Positions 34,781-45,473 are shown, numbered from the stretch's first letter. The stretch: 64,000 nucleotides of DNA from Epithemia pelagica (GCA_946965045.2 OX337229.1:5456001-5520000), one strand, 5' to 3'. Translations and numbers: made by a program. Notes: generated by a model from the sequence alone, not told the origin.

Positions 34781-36191
34781 GACGTGCGATGGTATTTGGC
34801 ATGCCAAATGTTATCGACAATTGATGGAAGACAAGTTCCCAGTATATGAACCGGGAGATCTTGACGATGCATTGTTGGATAATGAATTGAATTGTGAGAT
34901 GGTGGATGATGAGGCTAGATTTCAGGAGGCGAGAATCGGAGACCACTTGATGTGCACTTTTCAGTGCGATGACTACAGCTTCTTTAATTTGCAAGGCCGA
35001 TACCCCAATACGGCAAAGGAAGCAGACAAGTTGCTCTTGCTGTGTATCAGAAGAGCCACGTTGGATGCCTTTTGGGCAAGGGAGCAAGCAACGGTGGACA
35101 AGAATTGGAGGGAAATGAAGAGCTTGATTGCGACGGGCGAAGCCGTGGGGATGGAACGTCCCTTGCCACTGAGAGGTCCATGTCCACCAAGGGACGAACA
35201 GGGTCTCAATGTAGCCTGCTTGATGCTGATGAAGACGTTGAATCAAGGCCAAAATGCAAGGCATATTCAATTCGAATCGGCTCGCAAGGTTAGGTTGGTC
35301 GTCTCCAATTTCTATCATACTCTGCCAGGTGGAACAGGGCTCTCAACGGTTGGGCAAGGAGAAAGAGGTGGATTGTTTTTTAGTGCCAGTACTACCAACA
35401 GCCACTGGTATAAGAGATTCATGACCGGTTGCCATTGAAGAATGGGGGATGTGTGGATTCCCGATCAGGCAACTACGGTGGATGAGATCAAGGCCGGTCT
35501 GGAAATCTTGGAGGAAGAATGGCAAGGTGGGGCAAAGGGTGCACGGAAATCAGAAATAGCGTTGACAGGAGCCTTGGTGATTGCTGGATTTGTTGCGGCG
35601 CTTCGAGGAGAGGCAATCCCACAGATTGACGTCGGACTCATGCGGAAGTATTGGCAGGAGGGTCTGGACTATCCGCGAAAGAGGCATGTCCCTGTGGCCC
35701 TTGCTGGAAGGTTTAAGCAGACGAATGGGACGCACAGAATTTACATCCACCCCTTAGCTGATGAAACTGCGTCGGGGATCAAGGTCCGGTTGTGGTTTGA
35801 AAGAGCAATACGATGCTTGAACGACAGCAAGATAGTCTCGGGTCCGATGTTTCGTGTCGTCAAAAGAAAGGGACAAATCGCTCGAGCATCAGTGGGGGAC
35901 TTGGATGTCCTGTTCCATGATTTATGGAAGCGGATTCAACACAGACGACCCCAGCTTATTTCTGAATCTACAAAGATAGAAGAAGTATACAGTGTGAGGA
36001 GATCGTTGAGACGAGGAGCGACGACAGAAGCCCAGAACAGGGCGATGCCCACAGAGGTGTTGGAGGCCAACAACAGGTGGAGGAAACACTTACGTGGAAG
36101 AGGCGTCTTGCCCAACATGTCAATGGTGGAGCGATACTCTGACGCTAAAGCGTCGGTTGAGACGTTGGTACGATTTTCAGAATTGATGTAA
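34614..36191 (+). pseudogene. ORF3: tyrosine recombinase with N-terminal Cys/His finger, in-frame TGA at 35436-35438
   Basis: CANFGC...C..WHAKCY finger; AALRGE, GRFK, RSLRRGATT, NNRWR and MVERY motifs. Two ORFs in the same frame separated by one stop. Confidence 0.88.
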
Positions 36192-36833
36192 GAAGTAACA
36201 AAAATGAAGTGGAGGAGAGGATACGGATGAAGATTGCAAAAAAGGAACGACCACACGGGGTGAAGACTCGACTGTACTACCTAGTGGTGCATGTCCAGGT
36301 CGCTTGTTGTCTGTCAGCTTGACTGTGGAAGAGGAGGAGGTTGTTCTCCGAGTTGGTTGCTTGGGGCTGGCACTCCACAGCAGCTGATTACTGTACTAAC
36401 TCCAGATCAAGCTATAAAGTTAGTTCGTCTCACATTTTTATACTATAGTACGAATTTTATTGTACGACCGGGAAGTAGTAATTACCAAAAATTCGTGCGA
36501 ATCGCGCGAAACCGAGCGGGGCGAGCCAACCAAGGGGGAAGCGCACCACGAAAAGGAAACCAACGGAACGAGAAAGGAAACGAAACCAAACCAAGAACGA
36601 CCATGAGGATGTGCAGAAGACAAGGAAGAATAAGAAAGACTGTGTGAGAGTGGGAAATGCAACAATCAAACTGGGAAAATTCAAGACAGGTACTTACAGT
36701 AGTGACTACCGTGGACGAATGCTGACTGACTGTGGAACAAGAAACACAAAGATGAGAAAAACGAAGCACAAACAGAAACCAAGCAAGAAATGACTCACCA
36801 ATCAAACATCTACTCCATTCATGGCTATCCCAT

Positions 36834-39800
36834 TCATTCCACCTTTTCTTTGTTCTTCTTCTTCTTGTCCATATTGGACACAGAACGAGCCATGGTAGGT
36901 TGGGCCATGAACTGATATGGTTGTTGGGGCATCGTCGTTGCTGGCATCATTCCATTCATGGCCATCCCATTCATTCCACCTTGTGTCATCATGGGTTGCA
37001 TGGGTTGTTGCATGAAATTAAAGAATGGTTGTTGCGGCATGAACATTTGTTGTTGTTGTGGTGGTTGCACCATCATGGTGCTCGGTTGGTGGAACATCAT
37101 GCCAGGTTGTTGGATCATCATGCCAGGTTGTTGGATGATCATGCTCGGTTGCTGCATCATCATGCCAGGTTGTTGCATGGAGAACCCAAAAGATGGAGCA
37201 CCGAGGACAGCCTGTGGCTGAGCCTTCGGTTTTGGGGACACATCCGAAGCAAAAGAAGACGAAGATGGAGTACTTTTCGGAGGAGGAGGTGGCGGAGTTT
37301 GTTTTTTGTCCGCTTCGGGTTTGGATTCCTCGTCCACACTCAAATGACGTGCCACAGTAGGATTGGGTGGCGTCGTTGGTTCGCCTTGTTTCGTGGTTGG
37401 TGGTTCCGATGGTTCGGTGGCGTTGTTGTTGGTGGTCGACGATACACTACCAGCAGCTGACGACGCGGGAAGAGCAGGCATTTTTGAATCTGAAGGAAAT
37501 TAAAAGACAAGGTGAGAGACCAATCACAACAAACAGCAATCAAACATAAAACTTACCAGACTCGTCCCCATTGTACCAGTTCGCCTTGATTGCCTTTGCG
37601 AACGTCTTGGAGGTGAACTCCTGGTACTTGAAACTGGCACGATCCGTTGCGTGCCGGCCAAACTTGTTCACAACAAGTTGGGGAACGCCGGATTCGGCCA
37701 CGTTCGAAATTGCCGTGCGACGCCCAGTCCGGGAAGTAGCCTTCTGCCACTTTTCGTGTCCGCACCTCTTGTAGATGATCTTCGCGTTCTGATTCGCCCA
37801 ATTTTTGCCCAAGTGGCCAGACGGGCGCATTGGCAGAGGCGGGTTTTCTCCCAACTTGCGAGCCTTCTCGTACTCTTCCATCGCTGACTTGCTCCTGTCA
37901 GGAACCATTTTTGTCCCAGCCCACCACGTGTCTGTCGAAGGACGTGCTTTGCGTTCCTTGTCCGAGGCAATATTGAGAAAAAGTGGGCCATCCCAGTCGG
38001 GTGGCAAGGCGCGATTGATCCAGTGGCGCAAAACTTTGTACGTACTCCAATCGTCATCAGGGTTGTCGATAACGATATTCACGACCATCTCCTCCTCGTC
38101 ACGCAACGTGGGTTTCGCGAGCGAGAGAGTCGATGTCTTTTCTCGCTCGCACTCTTTCATCTTGTAGGCCGGCAGGCCTGCTAACTCTCCATACTCTTCC
38201 GGAAGGGCATCAATGTGTACAAGTTCTATTAGTTTAATACAAAGAGTCTGAACAGAAAACACGAGTGACACAGGTGAGATTCGTCCCAACAATCCAACAG
38301 AGAGTGTTAGCAATCGCATGCGACTTACTTCCATGCCGCGTCCGCCGAAATCACGGCTCATTTTGTACACAACGGTACGCAGGCAGTCATGTGGGTTCTT
38401 CTTCCAATCGAAGGGGGGATCCGCTTGCGTGCGGAGCATCTCCTCGTCTTTCACATTGACGAGTGCTTTGTTAGGACGACGGCCATAATCCGGGCGACGG
38501 TTGGCTTCCAATCTGAATTTTTCAACCAGTTGGGCCAAAAAAGATCCTTTGACAGATTGCATGTCGGGGACCGAATATTCGAGACCATTGCTTCGAAAAA
38601 TAGCTTGATGCAGCCTGGTTGGTAAATCTCACCTTTTTTTGTTTTGAGCGTAGGTATGAAGACTGACATCGCAAGGTTGAGTACATTCTCTTTCTCGGGA
38701 AGCTTCGTACCGCGAAGCATGAGAAAAAGACGAAGCGTGAACTTCTTCGGATTGGATGGATCCGGAAGAAGGTCCACCAAGATGTTCAGATCTTCGTGAT
38801 CCTTCAGAGAGGTAAGCAGTCTCTCGAAGGACCTGACCTTGTCCTTTTCGTATTGCTTGGTGTTCAAAGAGGAGTTTCTCAACTCTTTTGTGTTTGGTCC
38901 GAGAGCATTCTTGCTCAGTTGCGCGTACATCGACAGTGCTGCAAGGTCATTTGGATTCTCTCGAAGGCTTGGGATGGAATTCTCTGTGTCAGAGACCATC
39001 ATTATTTCGTTGGTTGCCTCGTCGACGACCAAATCTGTTCTTGTCGACGCCGCGATGGAAATCACACGGAGAGATGGCGACTTGAGATTCGAGGGAGGAA
39101 GCTGCGTCATCAAGGCACGGAGTGCAGTCGTGGGCCGACGGTATCCAAGGGGAATCAATGGCGGCAGATCATCATCGTCTTCCGTTGAGAGTGCAGCACT
39201 GTAACAAACAACAATCAACCAGTTAGATGTGACCCAACATCTACCTCTGCGACAGACAAACACAACAATACGATGCTTACCTGAGCGGAGGATCGGCTAA
39301 GGAAGGACCACCAGAGTTGGTTCGAGCGGCAACAGTGGAAGGTGGAGGTGGAAGAACTGGGTGCTGCTGAGGATCTCCATTTCGTGCCCTGAGAACGACC
39401 AAGGGAGTTAGCGAACCCAACAAACAAGCAAAAGAGCAACGAACAAAGCAACAAGCAAACAACTTACATCTCCAACGAGTTGGATTGTTGATGACTGGTG
39501 GTGGTGGTGGTGGAAGCCATGGTTTCCGGAGGGTGGCCCAAACTGGAATCACCACCAGGTCTTTGTTCCAATGGAGGGCGGCGTCTGAGAACGACACAAC
39601 AATCAACAAGTTAGCGAAGAATGACAAGGGTGCAACAATCAACAAACAGAAAGGAAGGCAACAACAAGCTTACCTTGGATCAGGTTGAATGGTGATGGTG
39701 ATGGAGGAAGGGATAGGAGCGACATCTTCCAATGCCGACGGTGGACGCTTCTTGCCCGTCATCGTCGTCGACGGTGGAGGTACGACGTTTTCCTTGTTCT

Positions 39801-39855
39801 CGACGGTGGTGGAGGTCGTAGCTGCCGCTCGGCGGCTCTGATTTCGGGTCACCAT
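36834..39855 (-). pseudogene. Multi-exon DUF3504/Crypton-type tyrosine recombinase with P/Q/M-rich tail (one apparent frameshift near 38600)
   Basis: KKGEIYQPG, FGGRGME, LGKN and TSRTGRRTAIS...GRH...FKY. In-frame GTAAGT...CAG introns at 38248-38328 and 37490-37556. The 5' exon structure upstream of about 39200 is uncertain. Confidence 0.72.
37080..37180 (-). repeat. Imperfect 21-nt tandem repeat encoding QQP[G/S]MM[M/I/F]
   Basis: CATCATGCCAGGTTGTTGGAT-like unit repeated about five times. Confidence 0.8.
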
Positions 39856-40017
39856 GATGATCTTCCTCTTGTTGCGGCTTTTCGATTCAACAATCCGAGG
39901 AAAAATGAAGAGTGAGACGATTCAAACGATCCGTTGGACCTGGGAACGCTAAGTGCGACCAGGAAGATTTGAACGCAAAAGGAAGACCGCAATGGCCGAA
40001 AATGGTCTTCCAGACCG

Positions 40018-40482
40018 TCAAACGGCCTCAAAAACACAGCAATCAAACAAAAAAACATACCATCGATACCCCCTTTCCAGCATCCATGGATCACTGGTCA
40101 AGCTATGCACTTCTACGTTCCGTAGAAACTCAAGATAGCTCTTTCGGTACAAACGACCCTTCCACTCCACAGCATTTGGGTCACTAAAGACAAACTCAAG
40201 ACTCCCTCCAGAGGAATCCGTGGAATCCGATGACTCTGAGTCCTCAGAATCATCATCAGTGGATTCATTGGTGAGATCTATGATCTCCTTGGTCAGATCT
40301 ACGACCTCCTCCATGGTCAAAGCAACAATCAATCTTCCAGATTCCGTGACACAAAAGAGGTCACCATGATCCGGTGCGCCTAAGTACGCCGCCCAACGCA
40401 TGGTTTGATAATACTTAGTATAAGTAACTTTTCTATTTATGAATCGATTTGTCGTACCATGATAAAAATGTTTATGCGACAT
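40018..40482 (-). CDS. Hypothetical protein inside the Crypton-like element
   Basis: ATG-initiated 154-aa ORF with an acidic/Ser tract; no recognised domain. Confidence 0.35.
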   Translation of the reverse strand: MSHKHFYHGTTNRFINRKVTYTKYYQTMRWAAYLGAPDHGDLFCVTESGRLIVALTMEEVVDLTKEIIDLTNESTDDDSEDSESSDSTDSSGGSLEFVFSDPNAVEWKGRLYRKSYLEFLRNVEVHSLTSDPWMLERGYRWYVFLFDCCVFEAV

Positions 40483-40918
40483 GTCTAAGCGTGTGCTAGT
40501 TTGTTAAATCAACCCGGGTGAGACTCACTAACTTTATAGCTTGATCGGGAGTAAGTTTCCTAATTCCCCATGTCTGGCCGTCCCTTCTCGTCGGGCGCCC
40601 TACTTGTCGGGAGAATTCCTCGTCGGGAACACTTCTCGTCGGGCATGCGCCCTCCTCGTCGTGTTCCCTCCTCGTCATTCTACCCTCCGCGCCGGGCGAC
40701 CCTCCTCAAAAGGGACTACCGTATTTTCCGGATTCCTGGACCCCAGGAATGTACATGATTCAGGGCGGGGGGTCCAGTACTCCGGCATTTTTATTTTAAG
40801 ATTCCATATCGTAGTACTATTAACATCACAGTTCTTTTTCGCGCCTTTTCTGACCTCATCCGGATCGGAGGTAGGAGTCCTGCTGAGAACTCAATGTTGT
40901 TGGCATTTGTTGTTGACC

Positions 40919-42256
40919 ATGGAAGACCTTGACGATGATGTGGATGGGGTGATACGCATCCCAGCAACCCCTCGTGTTTTCATCCCTGTCAAAAGGAAGC
41001 TTGACATCTGCAACAAACTCCGTAGAGGTCGTAGACTGGATTCCAAGTTCTCCCTAAAGAAACTTGCTCGAGAAGAAGATGTTCGTCCTCACCAGATTCG
41101 GCAATGGATGAAGCAATTGCCACTCTTACAGGCTTCAAGTGATTCAAAGAAGTCTAAATTCTCCATTCATCAGGGGAGGCCTACCACATTTCCAAAAGCA
41201 GATGACTTGATTGACAAGATCAAGGAACTGAGAGAGACTGGCATGCCTGTTTCAACCAATATGGCTGTCCTCATGGCCTCTCAGATGGACGCAGGCTTTC
41301 GTCGCAAAAGTTCAGCTGCCAAATATTCCTTGGTGAGGAGAATCCTTCGAGCCCATGGGATAGTTATTAGGGCAAAGACTCATGAAGCACAAACTCACCC
41401 ACGTGAAAAGATGGAGGAAGCTAAACAGTTTGTGCAGTCTGTACTCCCTTTGGTAAGACAGAGTTGCCGCGACAAAAATTTCATTGTTAACATGGATCAG
41501 ACCCCTGTTTTCTTTTCAATGACCCCAAACAGCACTTTGGAAACCCTAGGAGCGAGGTCTATAAATATCAGGGCTTCAAGTGGAAGCACTATGAGGGTTA
41601 CATTGGCAGTCTTCGTAACAGCCAATGGTGAGACGCTGCCTTCCTACATGATCTTCAAGGGGAAGGCAAATGGGAGAATCAACAGGGAGTTTACTGATGA
41701 TTCCTACCAATATCCCAAAGATTGTTTCTTCAATGTTCAACCAAAGGCCTGGATGGATGAACGCTGTTGTCTGGATTGGGTTGACCGAATCGTCAAGCCA
41801 TGGGCGTCGAAAGCTCCAGAAGGAATCATACCATTGATGTTCCTCGACTCTTATAAGTGCCACTTGCAACAATCAGTGAGAAATGCCATAGAAGACCTTG
41901 GAGTTGAGGTGGAATACATCCCAGGGGGGTGTACTTCATTATGCCAACCTGTGGATGTCGGCATAAACAAGCCCCTCAAGAACAGGATCAGGGCGTCCTG
42001 GGAACAATTCATGTTGGAAGAAGGACTTGCCCAGAGTGTCACCAAGCCTCCAAGTCGTGCAACAATTGCAAAATGGTGTGATTTGGCTATCAAAGAACTG
42101 GATGGTGATATTGTTAGGAATGCATGGAGACATTCAGATTATTCTTATTTCCCTACAGAAGAGTCGACAGCAACAACAGGAGGAACAACAACTACAGCTG
42201 CACTGGAAGATCTAATGGATGAACTTAGTCTTTCAAGTGATAGTATTGATCTATAA
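40919..42256 (+). CDS. pogo transposase (HTH, CENP-B HTH, DDE_1; DD35D)
   Basis: NMDQTP, MFLDSYKCH and CQPVDVGINKPLK, with 35 residues between the last two Asp. Uninterrupted 445-aa ORF. Confidence 0.93.
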   Translation: MEDLDDDVDGVIRIPATPRVFIPVKRKLDICNKLRRGRRLDSKFSLKKLAREEDVRPHQIRQWMKQLPLLQASSDSKKSKFSIHQGRPTTFPKADDLIDKIKELRETGMPVSTNMAVLMASQMDAGFRRKSSAAKYSLVRRILRAHGIVIRAKTHEAQTHPREKMEEAKQFVQSVLPLVRQSCRDKNFIVNMDQTPVFFSMTPNSTLETLGARSINIRASSGSTMRVTLAVFVTANGETLPSYMIFKGKANGRINREFTDDSYQYPKDCFFNVQPKAWMDERCCLDWVDRIVKPWASKAPEGIIPLMFLDSYKCHLQQSVRNAIEDLGVEVEYIPGGCTSLCQPVDVGINKPLKNRIRASWEQFMLEEGLAQSVTKPPSRATIAKWCDLAIKELDGDIVRNAWRHSDYSYFPTEESTATTGGTTTTAALEDLMDELSLSSDSIDL

Positions 42257-42718
42257 AGTCACTTCATTTCTGCTTTTCTTCTGGTTCTTGTGTGCCTCTT
42301 CATCATCTGGTATAGTAGCACTGGGTTGTCGCTTCCTCTGTGGAGTATGCACCAATTCCACCAATGCAGCACGACAAACACCTTTACCACGATGACTCTT
42401 CTCCCGTTCTGATGCAAATTCTGAGTCCTTCAAGAACTCTGTCACTTGGGCAAGCTTTCCATCATAAGTATTAGCTTGCTTCTTCATGTACCTTGGTAGG
42501 AACCCGACTCTGCAGCGATCTACTCCATCAGTTACCCAATATACTGCCAACGCCATCTCTTCTTGTCCACCAATGGACACTTGAACCTTTCTGATGCGTA
42601 CCAGACTGTCATGCTGGAGGACAACACCACAAACAGAGTGTTCTTCACAGCATCTTCCATTCGAAGAAGCTTCAATACCAACAATATTCACAGTTTCTCC
42701 AGTTTGAGAGACACCCAT
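42251..42718 (-). CDS. Accessory protein of the pogo element, possibly HIRAN-like
   Basis: 155-aa ORF within the TIRs, convergent with the transposase. GRCCEEHSVCG and ALAVYWV...RVGFLPR. Confidence 0.65.
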   Translation of the reverse strand: MGVSQTGETVNIVGIEASSNGRCCEEHSVCGVVLQHDSLVRIRKVQVSIGGQEEMALAVYWVTDGVDRCRVGFLPRYMKKQANTYDGKLAQVTEFLKDSEFASEREKSHRGKGVCRAALVELVHTPQRKRQPSATIPDDEEAHKNQKKSRNEVTL

Positions 42719-43380
42719 GCTACGAGCGACACACCGTTGGAAAGCTCGTAATATCACGAATCACGTGATATGCCTAAAAACTACGTATGTTATTCCGTTC
42801 AAAACTTAGAGAGTCATGTACATGAAAGGAGGTAGGGGGGTCCAGGACTATAGGGGAACCAGGAATCCGGAAAATACGGTAGACATAGGGAATTATTAAT
42901 ACTACTGCGAAGAGATTTCGAGAGTACAGACTCACTTGTGAGTAAATGGAGAATGGCTCACTTTTTGGAAACACGCTCGCCCACAGAAGACGCGTACTGT
43001 TCAGAATCTGGAGTTCTGGCAACTCCGGATCCCTCCCTAAACGGGATTGATGGGTGGGGGGCCTATACCCCCCAGTGTTGGTTAAGTACATAATTATAAT
43101 GTTTATCAATTATCAATGAGCAAGTGACGCAGGAACGACGAGGTTGCGATGTGAGGAAAAGGGAGGATCAAGTACCTTTTGTCTCACTGGTTAGTTGTTG
43201 GGAATTCAGTAGTGTTCACGGTCTTAAACATATTTTGTAATTTTGGGGCAATTACGTTTAAGATTGCGCTACAGATATGTTTGTGTAATTCAGTAGAATC
43301 CCATTAGGTCATCGTTGGATTTGATCACCCTACGGTCTATGGTTCTTTACATTCTTCTTTCGCCCACCCGCCCGCCCGGT

Positions 43381-43939
43381 AAGACTCGACTGTACTACCT
43401 AGTGGTGCATGTCCAGGTCGCTTGTTGTCTGTCAGCTTTACTGTGGAAGAGGAGGAGGTTGTTCTCCGAGTTGGTTGCTTGGGGCTGGCACTCCACAGCA
43501 GCTGATTACTGTACTACTGCGAAGAGATTTCGAAAGTACAGACTCACTTGTGAGTAAATGGAGAATGGCTCACTTTTTGGAAGCACGCTCGCCCACAGAA
43601 GACGCGTACTGTTCAGAATCTGGAGTTCTGGCAACGCGGCGCGATTCCGGATCCCTCCCTAAACGGGATTGATGGGTGGGGTGGGGGGCCTATACCCCCC
43701 CAGTGTTGGTTAAGTACATAATTATAATGTTTATCAATTATCAATGAGCAAGTGACGCAGGAACGACGAGGTTGCGATGTGAGGAAAAGGGAGGATCAAG
43801 TACCTTTTGTCTCACTGGTTAGTTGTTGGGAATTCAGTAGTGTTCACGGTCTTAAACATAATATTTTGTAATTTTGGGGCAATTACGTTTAAGATTGCGC
43901 TACAGATATGTTTGTGTAATTCAGTACAAAATCCCATTA
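43381..43939 (+). repeat. Terminal B2 repeat of the YR retrotransposon
   Basis: Direct repeat of 36263-36398 joined to 42900-43306, with small indels. Confidence 0.92.
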
Positions 43940-44405
43940 TCAAAACCAAATCCAGAAGAGCATCAGCAAGGGCCACCATCTTTCGAATGTTTTGGAGAGT
44001 GTGCGTGGTACTTGCTCTTTTGGTTTTTGGTTGTTGACGGGGGTTGTTGTTTCGACCAAGTGTTCCGACGATATATCGATATGGATACACTCTTGTTCGT
44101 AGCGATGGTATCTTCGAAGATCCAGTAAGAGGTCATTCTCTTGAAACAGCGACCGTGTTGTGTCTTGGCCCGGCCCCGCCTCCACGGATTTGTTATTGTT
44201 GAGCTCGTGGACCAGCCTTCGCATTTCGGAAGCTGGATTGCAAAATGCATTATTTGGAATTCGAACGAACAAGATGCCAAGGAACCCAATTTGTTGCTTG
44301 CGTCAATGCGAATACTCGTACTTTGCTCCGTGGTAACTGAACCGACTGCATTGCGCTCTCATAATAGGATCTTTTCTCAGAGTGAAGCATATGAAGGTAA
44401 ACACC

Positions 44406-45473
44406 ATGATTTTGTCTCGTGCTCTCGCAATCGCTCTCTATGGCTATGGCGTCTCGACTGCCCAAGCTTCCCCACGTGCCGCATCATCCAGTACCGAGCT
44501 GGAGGAGCGTTTCATGACAGAGGTTTGTACCGGCACCACGGGCACTTTCGCGCCACAGTCAACAGGCGTTTGTGAAGGTGATGCCTCAACCTGGTTTAGC
44601 AGCCCCACGACCAAGAGCTGTGACGATTGTCCCACTGTCCATTTTTCTCCCGTAAGTCTCTACGGCGAAGCGATAATTGGTGACCACAAGGTGGCTTGCC
44701 ATTTGGCGGTGGATTTGGTTGAAACCGGAGGCAAGACATTCATCATGAAGCCTGAAGGCCATAAACCCGTCTTTAAGCTCTTGGAAAGCCCAGAAACAGG
44801 AACCACCGCCACCGGAGCTATTGGCCAGAAACCCGGTTGGTGCATGGGACACAGCATCAGAGTTGCTGAAGTGCCCTCTGACGGCTCGGTTAACATTGAA
44901 TGCAATGTGCGCCTCAATCCTAGTGCAGTTTCTCCTCGATACGGTGCCTGCCAGCTTACTACCCTCAAGTATCCTGCTGTCGCCGAGGCTAGATGCGGAG
45001 AAGTTAAGCTCAGCAGTACAGACCCAGACGAATTCGTTGCAAATAATTTTCAGGGAACGCAGAACAAAATCCCGGCCTACAAAAAGAACTTTGAGAAGCC
45101 CTGGTTTCGAATCAACAGGGCGGACGACGACGTCTTGTTGAAATCGTTGACGGATGGATGCAAGGTCCTGATGGGATGCAAATGTTTCGATTCGATTTCC
45201 TATACTTATGGAGACGGGCACAAGGCCGTCTTCTTTGATCCCGACTGCAATGATTGCTTGTCTACGACGTGCGGTGACTTTACCTTGAATGAGAAATGCT
45301 CCGATGAAAATGCCTACGACACGGTGGTGGTGAATAAGGATAGTTGTACTGTTCCCAACACCACAGTGGGAATCGCTGGCAATAGTGATGTCGGAATTAC
45401 GTGTACAGAAGTTACCATCTCCGCCTCCGGTGACACCAATGTGCCGCCGATCACCTTTACGGCCATCTTTTAG
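44406..45473 (+). CDS. Putative secreted cysteine-rich protein
   Basis: Signal-like MILSRALAIALYGYGVSTAQA followed by many Cys residues; no recognised domain. Confidence 0.65.
   Translation: MILSRALAIALYGYGVSTAQASPRAASSSTELEERFMTEVCTGTTGTFAPQSTGVCEGDASTWFSSPTTKSCDDCPTVHFSPVSLYGEAIIGDHKVACHLAVDLVETGGKTFIMKPEGHKPVFKLLESPETGTTATGAIGQKPGWCMGHSIRVAEVPSDGSVNIECNVRLNPSAVSPRYGACQLTTLKYPAVAEARCGEVKLSSTDPDEFVANNFQGTQNKIPAYKKNFEKPWFRINRADDDVLLKSLTDGCKVLMGCKCFDSISYTYGDGHKAVFFDPDCNDCLSTTCGDFTLNEKCSDENAYDTVVVNKDSCTVPNTTVGIAGNSDVGITCTEVTISASGDTNVPPITFTAIF

Larger units (their letters stand above)
36400..40551 (-). mobile_element. Crypton-like tyrosine-recombinase DNA element bounded by 34-bp inverted repeats and TAA
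   Basis: Inverted repeats at 36400-36433 and 40518-40551 (3 mismatches). TAA at 36397-36399 and 40552-40554. Sits inside the B1 repeat and encodes a YR. Confidence 0.72.
40719..42879 (+). mobile_element. pogo-family (Tc1/mariner superfamily) DNA transposon, apparently intact
   Basis: 21-bp perfect TIR CCGTATTTTCCGGATTCCTGG. TA at 40717-40718 and 42880-42881. Confidence 0.95.
40561..42895. mobile_element. Small (about 170 bp) MITE-like inverted-repeat element interrupted by pogo
   Basis: TAATTCCCCATGTC at 40561-40574 pairs with GACATAGGGAATTA at 42882-42895. Removing pogo extends the pairing to AAGGGAC. No TSD identified. Confidence 0.55.
28505..43939 (+). mobile_element. Tyrosine-recombinase retrotransposon with split direct repeats (Ngaro-type A1-ORFs-B1-A2-B2), carrying nested insertions
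   Basis: A1 28505-28555 matches A2 43306-43363. B1 (36263-36398 plus 42900-43306) matches B2 43381-43939. RT, RNase H and YR ORFs lie between A1 and B1. Confidence 0.9.

Noticed and set aside
40541-40918. Extra 126 codons upstream of the pogo transposase in the ORF track
   Set aside because: The frame crosses the TIR into flanking DNA, so it cannot belong to the transposase.
43940-44272. ORF ending exactly at the retrotransposon boundary, suggesting an interrupted host gene
   Set aside because: Rejoining the flanks (28504 to 43940) gave no convincing long frame on either strand.
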